Source of the DNA: an uncultured bacterium | GTDB lineage: Bacteria; Patescibacteriota; Minisyncoccia; UBA6257; 2-01-FULL-56-20 | Assembly: GCA_963807165.1 (NCBI GenBank) | Contig: CAWDZM010000001.1 | Span: forward strand, 353,521-417,520 | Direction of reading: 5' to 3' | DNA length: 64,000 nucleotides | Shown here: one piece after another, positions 56,502-64,000 of the stretch | How the letters are laid out: every line of letters starts with the position of its first letter | Numbering within the stretch: position 1 is the stretch's first letter | Translations under genes and position numbers: made by a program | Notes under the pieces: model-generated | What the model saw: only the letters and a program-made list of their open reading frames with translations | Told to the model about the DNA's origin: nothing | Database searches by the model: none

Positions 56502-57872
56502 ATGGATGACGATCTGTTAAGAAGGAATACTATCCTGAATATCATTCTTATCGGGTCCGTTGTGATGCTGGCAATTCTTGACGCCTTCGTCCTTTTCCAT
56601 TCCCTGCAGGACGGTGCACTCTATCCGGGCATTCCATTTGTAGTGTTTTCGGTATTGCCAGCATTCTTCATCCTGTTGTACATGCTTTCGCGCCGGGGAT
56701 TCTCCACACTTGCTTCATATCTTTTGATAGGAACGTACCTAGTAAGCGACAGCTATATCGCGTACCGCTATGGGGTCGGGATACCGGTGGTGCTGATCGC
56801 ATATGCGCTCATTATTGTGATGGCGACAATCCTATGTGGCACGAGGTTCGGATTCTTTATTACCGGCATCATCGCCGCGTTCATCATACCGTTGTGGTAT
56901 GCCCAACTCTACGGCATCGTCGTTGCCCGGGCGCAACAACCCAGTGCCGATGATGCCATCGTTTTCTCAATACTCTATTTCCTGATCATGATCGTCGCAT
57001 GGCTTTATAACCGCGAGATCGATCATTCATTGCACCGCGCCCGCACGTCCGAGCAAGCGCTCCGGAACGAACGTGATCTTCTGGAAGTAAAAGTTATTGA
57101 ACGGACCGAAGAATTGCGGCGAACCCAGCTGGAAAAAGTACAACAGCTCAATCGCCTCGCCGAACTCGGCCAGCTTTCATCCGGCCTCTTCCACGATCTT
57201 CTCAACCTCCTTAATGCCCTCTCGCTTCGCGCGGAAGACAACACTGATCCGGCGCTCGCGAGCGCGTTCGATACCGCAAAGCAGATCCAAAGTTTTATGT
57301 GCGCGGTGCGCAAACAGATCGGCAGCGGCGAAAAACGGGAATTGTTCTCGCTCATAGAAGGGATTGATCATGTCATCCAACTCGTTAACTACCAGGCGGA
57401 CAAGGAACGTGTTCGTATCGCCTTCGACCATGCCGCGCAGACAGATATGTTACATTTCGACGTCCCATTCAAATTTCAAGAGATCGTCATAAACCTACTA
57501 CTCAACGCCATCGAATCATACGAAGGCATTTCTCCTTCCGACACCCGCGCGCGGACCGTCGCGATAACAATCGAGGAACGCGCCGGCACGGCAACGCTCT
57601 GCGTGCGCGACAATGGCTGTGGCATGACGCCCGCGGTCCGCGCGCGGGTATTCGAACCATTCTTCACCACAAAAAACGCATCGAAAGGGATCGGGATCGG
57701 CCTTGCGACTATAAAAAATCTTATAGAGAAAGATCTTCACGGCACCATCGCCGTGGAAAGCAAGGAAGGGTGCGGTGCTACATTCATCGTCACATTCCCC
57801 ATAACCCATGAACCGCTACCAGAACATCATCGATCAGGCACTAGAACACATTCGGAATCAACAACTCCCTGA
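56502..57872 (+). CDS. Membrane sensor histidine kinase
   Basis: 5-6 N-terminal TM helices. H-box LSSGLFHDLLNLLNAL. N box LLLNAIESY. G boxes VRDNGCGM and GIGIGLA. Confidence 0.85.
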   Translation: MDDDLLRRNTILNIILIGSVVMLAILDAFVLFHSLQDGALYPGIPFVVFSVLPAFFILLYMLSRRGFSTLASYLLIGTYLVSDSYIAYRYGVGIPVVLIAYALIIVMATILCGTRFGFFITGIIAAFIIPLWYAQLYGIVVARAQQPSADDAIVFSILYFLIMIVAWLYNREIDHSLHRARTSEQALRNERDLLEVKVIERTEELRRTQLEKVQQLNRLAELGQLSSGLFHDLLNLLNALSLRAEDNTDPALASAFDTAKQIQSFMCAVRKQIGSGEKRELFSLIEGIDHVIQLVNYQADKERVRIAFDHAAQTDMLHFDVPFKFQEIVINLLLNAIESYEGISPSDTRARTVAITIEERAGTATLCVRDNGCGMTPAVRARVFEPFFTTKNASKGIGIGLATIKNLIEKDLHGTIAVESKEGCGATFIVTFPITHEPLPEHHRSGTRTHSESTTP

Positions 57873-59787
57873 TGGAAGTTTTTTAAGCCTGTCCGGCTTT
57901 AGACCGGATGATTCTTCCGAAGCTATTCCACGGCGGACAACATTCTTTACTGCGAACATCCTTGCGTGCCTCCAGGATATCGCCAGACCAACAACCGATA
58001 CGCAACGCCGTGCGGCACATTTTTTGCTGCGAGAGAAGAGTGAAAAGTGGTCATTCAATTATTGGACACGTAGAGCAGGCGAACGGCATGATGCCGCCGA
58101 ATCATCCTATCCAGCATATCCCGATGATCTCGATGATACATTCGCCGCGCTTGTAGCGTTGGCCCGGCACGATGTTGCCATCATTGATGGCCACGCTATT
58201 GCCGCGATCGCAAAGATGCTGACCGCGCGGGAGGTGGATATTGGCGGCCCGTATCGGACATGGCTCGTCGCAGACGCCGCAGCGGCGAAATGGCAAGACG
58301 TTGACCTTGTGGTAAACAGTACCATTGGCTATTTCCTTTCACTTATCGGCGTTCAGCTTCCCCGGTTAAAATATTTTATGGATGACGCCATACGTACCAA
58401 TCAACTCTCATCGCCATATTATCCCGGAATATTTCATGTCGGATATTTTCTTTCACGGTGTTATGAAAACTATGATGACGATAACAAAGCGGATGTCCGC
58501 GATATAGTGGCAAACATTATTGTAACCCGGCTTAGGAATGACTACGCACAAAATATGACGTCACTTGAATACGCGATGGCGATCTCATCACTCGTTAACC
58601 TCGGGCATACGGAATGGATTGATCCGGCGATGGTCGACACGTTCGCGGATCGGATAGTACAAGAGGGATTTTTACCCTATGCGTTCTGCATTGACCCCGC
58701 CCGCGAAGGTAAGCGATGCTACGCCGGGGCATCGGCGCTCACGGCCGCATTCTGTGCCCAGGCACTCAACAAATATTCCGCATGCAATGTTTTTTCTATA
58801 AAAGAAATTGGTGTGTTGGCGGAAACGCCTACAGATGATGACCATATCCGCGCACTCGCACGCGCCTTATGCCATACACTCAGACCAGATCTTCACACTA
58901 TAGCACTCGCCTCCCTAGAAAAAACCACCGATAAAAAAATCACTGCGCTTGCGTATGAATTCCGCGAGATATTATACAGGAAAGGGATGATCATCCCGCT
59001 TGAAATCATCGAACAACTTTCGCTCGCGAATCTTTATGGATGGATCGCATATGATATCTACGACGACGCACTTGATGGCGACGGAGAATATGCGTCATCA
59101 CTCCCCTGCGCAAACCTCTTCCTTCGCGCACTGAGCAAAATCTACGTCGGACTCGATGCCCGCATCGCTGGCGCACAAGCACTTTTTGATCGCACAATGA
59201 ACCTCGTTGACAATGCTAATGTATGGGAACAACAGTATTGCCGCATCACAATACGGGATGAAGCACCTCGCCCGCTTCCGCAGTTCGACGATTATCAAAC
59301 TCTCGCCGACCGGAGCATCGGCCACGCCATGGGACCGCTCGCCGAACTGCTCTACGCCGGATACGCCATAGATTCAGAGGAATATATCAACGTCGAACAA
59401 TTTTTCCGGCACTACCTCATTGCCCGACAACTCCACGACGACGCGCACGACTGGGCAGAAGATCTGATGAACGGCCGCATAAATAGTGTCGGCGCATACA
59501 TCCTGCAAAATTTCCGAGAAAAAAATATTCACAAGCACTCAACGCAAAAAATCATTGAAGTTATTTCTAATTTGAAAAAAATATTCTGGGAAAAAGTCAT
59601 CGACGATACAGTTATCTTGATCCAATCTCACATCATCGCCGCGCGGTGTGCGAGAGAATGTTCCCACGTCCTTGCCGACACCGACTTTATGGAAAGCACG
59701 TTGCGCGCGCTAGAGGCCGCCGCGCACCGCGCAATCAAAGAACGCGATAAGACGCTCGTTTTTCTCGAAGATTATAAAATGAAATAA
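57808..59787 (+). CDS. Terpene-synthase-like protein: N-terminal class II cyclase-like region plus C-terminal class I/isoprenyl-synthase-like region
   Basis: QQLPDGSF is a QW-like motif. PDDLDDTFAALVAL fits DxDDTxxxxAL. The C-terminus carries AYDIYDDALDGD and RQLHDDAHDWAED, two DDxxD motifs about 128 aa apart. The gene overlaps the kinase 3' end by 65 nt. Confidence 0.55.
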   Translation: MNRYQNIIDQALEHIRNQQLPDGSFLSLSGFRPDDSSEAIPRRTTFFTANILACLQDIARPTTDTQRRAAHFLLREKSEKWSFNYWTRRAGERHDAAESSYPAYPDDLDDTFAALVALARHDVAIIDGHAIAAIAKMLTAREVDIGGPYRTWLVADAAAAKWQDVDLVVNSTIGYFLSLIGVQLPRLKYFMDDAIRTNQLSSPYYPGIFHVGYFLSRCYENYDDDNKADVRDIVANIIVTRLRNDYAQNMTSLEYAMAISSLVNLGHTEWIDPAMVDTFADRIVQEGFLPYAFCIDPAREGKRCYAGASALTAAFCAQALNKYSACNVFSIKEIGVLAETPTDDDHIRALARALCHTLRPDLHTIALASLEKTTDKKITALAYEFREILYRKGMIIPLEIIEQLSLANLYGWIAYDIYDDALDGDGEYASSLPCANLFLRALSKIYVGLDARIAGAQALFDRTMNLVDNANVWEQQYCRITIRDEAPRPLPQFDDYQTLADRSIGHAMGPLAELLYAGYAIDSEEYINVEQFFRHYLIARQLHDDAHDWAEDLMNGRINSVGAYILQNFREKNIHKHSTQKIIEVISNLKKIFWEKVIDDTVILIQSHIIAARCARECSHVLADTDFMESTLRALEAAAHRAIKERDKTLVFLEDYKMK

Positions 59788-59865
59788 ACCGACGAGAAAT
59801 CAGTAGTATTCTATGATCGCTCAAGGTCGGTTCATATAAACCAATCATCGATCACGCCATTATCT

Positions 59866-59955
59866 ATGGAACATATGGATGATGAACGGTGTCCCTCGTG
59901 CAAGCACGAGCACACCGCGCCCGACGGCACCTGCCGCTGTGGGTGCGAGGAGTAG
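59866..59955 (+). CDS. Cys-rich micro-ORF (26-29 aa)
   Basis: MEHMDDERCPSCKHEHTAPDGTCRCGCEE. It lies between the terpene-synthase-like gene and the terminator. No Shine-Dalgarno sequence. Confidence 0.15.
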   Translation: MEHMDDERCPSCKHEHTAPDGTCRCGCEE

Positions 59956-59959
59956 GAAA

Positions 59960-59990
59960 CAAAAACACCCCGAAAGGGTGTTTTTGTTTC
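59960..59990. terminator. Bidirectional intrinsic terminator (A-tract, hairpin, T-tract) between convergent genes
   Basis: AAACAAAAA-CACCC-CGAAA-GGGTG-TTTTTGTTTC. Confidence 0.65.
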
Positions 59991-60039
59991 TTTGGATTAC
60001 CGCAGGGATAAGGATATGTCTTCCGCTTCTGCGGCTAGT

Positions 60040-61239
60040 TCAGTTCAACGAGTTCCAGATCGCAGGATCAATATCCCCGTCCAGCTTAAAGAACATTACG
60101 CCGCGAAGACCATACTGTTTTGCAAGCGCCACTTTTTGCAGTTCCGATGTCGCGTCGGGGAAAGATACAAAGAATGTGGTGGATGCGCTGGGATTGATCG
60201 TGTCCAACACCGGCGGCTCCGTGGAGGACACATAATTGGTGAGGTCGAGCGGTGCCTGGATATACGTGCTCGACGTGAAGGTAAAGCTCAACTCCCCTGC
60301 GTTATCGCGCACCGGCGTGGCGCCGACCGAATCCGCACGATCCATCGCATCAAAATAATCCCATGCGCGCACTTGCTGATAGGTAGTAACGTCATCATTC
60401 CACGAAACCTCATACTCGTAACCATACGTTGGGATACCCAACATGATCTTTCGTGGGTTGATATATTGGATCGCGTATTGCACGATCTTCGTAACCCAAT
60501 CCGGATCCGCCGTCGGCGAGTATAGCTGACCGTTACCGCCCTTGCTCGCATCAAGCTTGAGGTCCGTCGTCCCCTGATCGTACGCCATCAGACGCACCTC
60601 GTCACAATAGTGATTGAGCACAGAATAATTTTCCGCATAGGTAAGATTTTGTGGAATCGCAACATACACATTGCTCGGCGCTTCGCGCGGCACCACGGTA
60701 CACGTGAGCACTTTATTTTCGGCATGAAGGCGTTGCGAAAGCCCTTCTATAAATAATGAATAGTATGGACGCGTTGATGTCGACATCGCCTCGAAGTCAA
60801 TGTCGATGCCGTCGAAGCTGTTCGCCTTTGCGAGTTGAGCGATGCTTGTCTCTTCTGCCTGCCGCGCCTTCGTCGCGGAAAGGAGATTATAGATGCCGTT
60901 CGTGTCGAACCACGCAATCGTCGGGATTACCTTGACCCCGCCCGACTGCACCGCCGATATCCAGCCGGTCCAAAGGCCTTTACTGATCCCAAGATCATCT
61001 TTGATAGTGCCGGGGGTCACGATCTCATAAGAAAACGGACTTACTTCTTGCAACGAATCGAGATTGACCGCGATCTGCTGTTCCCCTGCCGTGCTCGTCC
61101 AATATGGCACCCACGCGCCGTAGTAAAAGGGCAATTTTGTGGCAGTTTTTGCGGTAGGAGTAGCCGCCGCAGACGCAAAAAACGGCACCGTACCTATAAT
61201 AAGTGCGACGAGTCCGGCTTTAATGAGGTTTCTCTGCAT
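60040..61239 (-). CDS. Secreted GH18-family (chitinase-like) glycoside hydrolase
   Basis: Signal peptide. DGIDIDFE is the GH18 DxxDxDxE catalytic motif. YDQG. Confidence 0.7.
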   Translation of the reverse strand: MQRNLIKAGLVALIIGTVPFFASAAATPTAKTATKLPFYYGAWVPYWTSTAGEQQIAVNLDSLQEVSPFSYEIVTPGTIKDDLGISKGLWTGWISAVQSGGVKVIPTIAWFDTNGIYNLLSATKARQAEETSIAQLAKANSFDGIDIDFEAMSTSTRPYYSLFIEGLSQRLHAENKVLTCTVVPREAPSNVYVAIPQNLTYAENYSVLNHYCDEVRLMAYDQGTTDLKLDASKGGNGQLYSPTADPDWVTKIVQYAIQYINPRKIMLGIPTYGYEYEVSWNDDVTTYQQVRAWDYFDAMDRADSVGATPVRDNAGELSFTFTSSTYIQAPLDLTNYVSSTEPPVLDTINPSASTTFFVSFPDATSELQKVALAKQYGLRGVMFFKLDGDIDPAIWNSLN

Positions 61240-61246
61240 GATGATA

Positions 61247-62071
61247 TTATTTAATACAAATATAATTTCCTTTTCTGACGATAAAACCTTCTTTTTCTAG
61301 TCCATCGACGATCTTTTTGAATTTTTCCGGAGAAATCGCGAGTTCCTTAAAAAAATTTCTTACATTCAGTCTATGCTTTTCAGCGGCAAGCGTCGAGCGC
61401 ACGATCTTTCCGCGAAGCTCGCGATCGGATCCGACAAACGATGCCTGTTTTTTATAATGCGCACTGCGGCGGTTGGGATTAGCTTTTTTTGCTTTTCCCG
61501 CGGCGGGCATCGCCGCTCCATAGTCCATCAATGCCCAATACCACTCGCGCGGATTTTTCTTATCAACACTACTTTTGATATAACGTTCCAACTCCACATC
61601 GGTTACCTTGCGGCGGCGCGGAAAGAAAAAATGGATGAACACGCGACGGATATTTGTTTCGATAAAAATTTCCGGCTGATTGAATGCAAACGCCATGAGA
61701 GAACCGGATGTCCCCTTTCCGATGCCGGGCAGAGACTCCAACGCCTCTCTATTATTAGGGAGCGCGCCACCGCACTGTTCGGTTACGATTTTTGCCGTGC
61801 GCTGCAAGAACATCGCGCGGCGATTATAGCCAAGCCCCTGCCATGCGGCGAGAACATCACTCGTGCGCGCCCGCGCGAGCGCGCGGAAATTCGGGAACGT
61901 CTTGAGGAATTTTTTATAATATTCCTCAGCGCGCGCCACCTGTGTCTGCTGGAGCATGATCTCCGAAACCAGGATCGCATACGGATCACGCGTGTGCCGC
62001 CACAGCAACCCCGCCCGCCCGGCACAGCGGTAATGTGCCCAAATCGTCTTCTTAAAAGCCGCAATCGTCAT
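61247..62071 (-). CDS. HhH-GPD DNA glycosylase of the MutY/Nth family, without the Fe-S cysteine cluster
   Basis: LVSEIMLQQTQVARAEEYYKKF...WQGLGYNRRA...LPGIGKGTSGS matches the MutY N-terminal signature. There is no C-x6-C-x2-C-x5-C motif. Confidence 0.8.
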   Translation of the reverse strand: MTIAAFKKTIWAHYRCAGRAGLLWRHTRDPYAILVSEIMLQQTQVARAEEYYKKFLKTFPNFRALARARTSDVLAAWQGLGYNRRAMFLQRTAKIVTEQCGGALPNNREALESLPGIGKGTSGSLMAFAFNQPEIFIETNIRRVFIHFFFPRRRKVTDVELERYIKSSVDKKNPREWYWALMDYGAAMPAAGKAKKANPNRRSAHYKKQASFVGSDRELRGKIVRSTLAAEKHRLNVRNFFKELAISPEKFKKIVDGLEKEGFIVRKGNYICIK

Positions 62072-62234
62072 GTTTGATATATTAAATTTATATTAACCGG
62101 CATTTGCGCTTTTTGAAAAGCTTGTGGTATAATGATTGCGATGTAAGTGTTCTTAGTAAGTTTCCACTGGCCACTAAAAACGGCGCAGAAGCAGAGGAGA
62201 AGGAGGTCGCCTTACACATCAAAGCATTTATTGA

Positions 62235-62558
62235 ATGGCTACAAAATTATATATAGGAGGTTTACCGTATTCGACGACTCAGGATGAACTCCAGGCAGCA
62301 TTCTCGAAGGCTGGCGCAGTCGTGTCCACGAGCATTATCATGGACAAGATGACGGGCCGCTCTCGCGGATTCGGCTTCGTCGAAATGGGTTCCGATGACG
62401 ATGCGCAGAAAGCGATCGAAATGTGGAATGGCCAAGATTTCGATGGGCGCAAGCTCACCGTCAACGAGGCAAAACCTTTGGAGGCTCGCCCTCCGCGCCG
62501 TGAAGGTGGCGGAAGCCGCTTCGGCGGTGGCAACGGCGGCGGACGCGACTGGCAGTAA
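62235..62558 (+). CDS. RRM-domain RNA-binding protein with a Gly/Arg-rich tail
   Basis: RNP-2 KLYIGGL. RNP-1 RGFGFVEM. C-terminal RREGGGSRFGGGNGGGRDWQ. Confidence 0.85.
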   Translation: MATKLYIGGLPYSTTQDELQAAFSKAGAVVSTSIIMDKMTGRSRGFGFVEMGSDDDAQKAIEMWNGQDFDGRKLTVNEAKPLEARPPRREGGGSRFGGGNGGGRDWQ

Positions 62559-62580
62559 GCTGGTCTCGTAGCTCCGATCA

Positions 62581-62610
62581 AAAATACCCCGAAAGGGGTA
62601 TTTTTGTTTC
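62581..62610 (+). terminator. Rho-independent terminator
   Basis: TACCCC-GAAA-GGGGTA followed by TTTTTGTTTC. Confidence 0.65.
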
Positions 62611-62638
62611 CGAAACAATCAGAGTAAAATACATCTAT

Positions 62639-63709
62639 ATGGAAATCGCCCTCTTTATCATCATTATTATATTGTTCACCGCGATCGCATGGCGGCTTTG
62701 GAAGCCGCCGGTGGTGGTAGAGAAAAAAGAAGATCCGCAATCATTATTACTCCTCCAAAACCAGATCACCGAACTCAACCGGATGATTGAAGCCAAGCTT
62801 GGCGAATCAACAAAGGCCATCAGCGACTCCACGAGCAAGGCCTTCACGCAGGCCACGGAAAGCACGCGACTCATCCGCGAGATCACGCAAGAACTCGCAA
62901 AGGTGGGCGAAGGCCAGCGCCAAGTGGTGAGCATCGCGGACAACCTCAAGAACTTGCAGGATATTTTAAAGAACCCGAAACAGCGTGGCGTCCTTGGCGA
63001 ATATTATTTGGAAACGGTTTTAAAGAACGTGCTTCCGCCGAATGCATACCAAATGCAATACCCATTCAAGGATGGAACGATTGTGGACGCCGCAGTGATC
63101 ACAAAAGACGGCATCATCCCGGTAGACTCCAAGTTTTCGCTTGAGAACTATAACCGCATCCTCGAGGCGCCCGACAAGACCGAGCGCGAGCGGTTCGAGA
63201 ATGCGTTCGCAAACGACCTCAAAATCCGCATCGACGAAACGTCAAAGTATATAAAGCCGGAGGAAGGCACGCTCGGCTTTGCGTTCATGTTCATCCCGTC
63301 GGAGGCCGTCTACTACGACCTGCTCGTCAATAAAGTGGGCGCGCTCAAGTCAAACAACGTCAACCTCATCGAATACGCGAGTGGCAAGAAGAAGGTCATC
63401 ATCGTCTCCCCCACCACCTTCCACGCATACCTGCTCACCGTTTTGCAGGGCCTCAAAGCATTACGCATCGAGGAGAGCGCCAAAAAAATCGGCGAGCGCG
63501 TCGGCGAACTTGGTAAACACTTATTGAGCTATGAGGAATATTTTGGGAAAGTCGGCAAGAATCTGACAACCACCGTCTCCGCTTACAACTCTGCAGGAAA
63601 AGAGTTTGGAAAAATAAACAAAGATATTCTGCGGATCACAGGCGAACAGCTCGAGCTTGAATCGCCGATCGTGGAAAAGCCGGAGGAATTGGGAGGAGGA
63701 GAAATTTAG
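62639..63709 (+). CDS. rmuC: DNA recombination protein RmuC
   Basis: N-terminal TM and coiled coil. QRGVLGEYYLETVL...FAFMFIPSE...VIIVSPTTF is an RmuC signature. Confidence 0.85.
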   Translation: MEIALFIIIIILFTAIAWRLWKPPVVVEKKEDPQSLLLLQNQITELNRMIEAKLGESTKAISDSTSKAFTQATESTRLIREITQELAKVGEGQRQVVSIADNLKNLQDILKNPKQRGVLGEYYLETVLKNVLPPNAYQMQYPFKDGTIVDAAVITKDGIIPVDSKFSLENYNRILEAPDKTERERFENAFANDLKIRIDETSKYIKPEEGTLGFAFMFIPSEAVYYDLLVNKVGALKSNNVNLIEYASGKKKVIIVSPTTFHAYLLTVLQGLKALRIEESAKKIGERVGELGKHLLSYEEYFGKVGKNLTTTVSAYNSAGKEFGKINKDILRITGEQLELESPIVEKPEELGGGEI

Positions 63710-63990
63710 TCGACTCCGTAGGCCTCTAAATCTATCCTATTAAAATCGATCAGCTGTTTTGCCTCGAGGTCATAAAAAGAATTCTGATACGGATTTTCGG
63801 ACCAGTCCAACTCAAACGGATTCAGCTGATATAAATACGCCGTACTTTTAAGGGGTTTCCCAGGATAACAAAACAATATCCATTTCTGCTGATTTTCAAT
63901 ATAATCGTTAGGGAGTTTTATTTGGTTTTTAGTAAGTAGATAAAACATCAAAGCTTCCTCTAGGAAGAAATTTATTTGGTTCTCTTTCAT
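63706..63990 (-). CDS. Hypothetical protein in an AT-rich segment at the window edge
   Basis: 94-aa ORF with low GC. Confidence 0.35.
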   Translation of the reverse strand: MKENQINFFLEEALMFYLLTKNQIKLPNDYIENQQKWILFCYPGKPLKSTAYLYQLNPFELDWSENPYQNSFYDLEAKQLIDFNRIDLEAYGVD

Positions 63991-64000
63991 CTCTCTTCCA

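Overview
This 64 kb window is gene-dense (about 90% coding) and moderately GC-rich, with a few sharply AT-rich inserts. The gene content is typical of a reduced, surface-protein-rich Patescibacteria/CPR-like genome, possibly Saccharibacteria-like; that assignment is an inference.

Housekeeping genes are clear: leuS, metG, rplY, tatD, an RmuC homolog, a MutY/Nth-like glycosylase, two SpoU methyltransferases, an RlmI-like methyltransferase, HtrA, an M16 peptidase and an M23 peptidase. A compact sugar-phosphate cluster carries split transketolase, rpe, rpiB, gap, class II fba and a PfkB kinase, with an AT-rich SET-domain gene embedded in it. A heme-copper quinol oxidase operon (cyoABCD plus heme O synthase cyoE) is present.

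The notable content is as follows.
- A cell-surface cluster (2.4-13.1 kb) encodes two cohesin-like membrane proteins next to a dockerin-bearing secreted protein. It also encodes Big_2/FN3, LamG and a roughly 1,450-aa Ser/Thr-rich adhesin built from near-identical internal DNA repeats.
- A tRNA-Asn(GTT) is followed by a short duplicated tRNA 3' fragment and an AT-rich (about 35% GC) island. The island carries an MccF/LdcA-like S66 peptidase, an SGNH hydrolase interrupted by an in-frame TAG, and two paralogous membrane proteins.
- A two-component system (OmpR-type regulator plus membrane histidine kinase) is translationally coupled to a 659-aa protein. That protein carries a class II terpene-cyclase-like DxDDT motif at its N-terminus and two DDxxD motifs at its C-terminus, and is followed by a Cys-rich micro-ORF. 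I rank this as the most likely undescribed system in the window.
- Two PcsB-like proteins each combine a coiled coil with a peptidoglycan-hydrolase domain.
- fba and cyoB are both split by single-base homopolymer frameshifts.
- A structured intergenic RNA candidate carries a tRNA-like T-arm.

No CRISPR array, integrase or transposase was seen.
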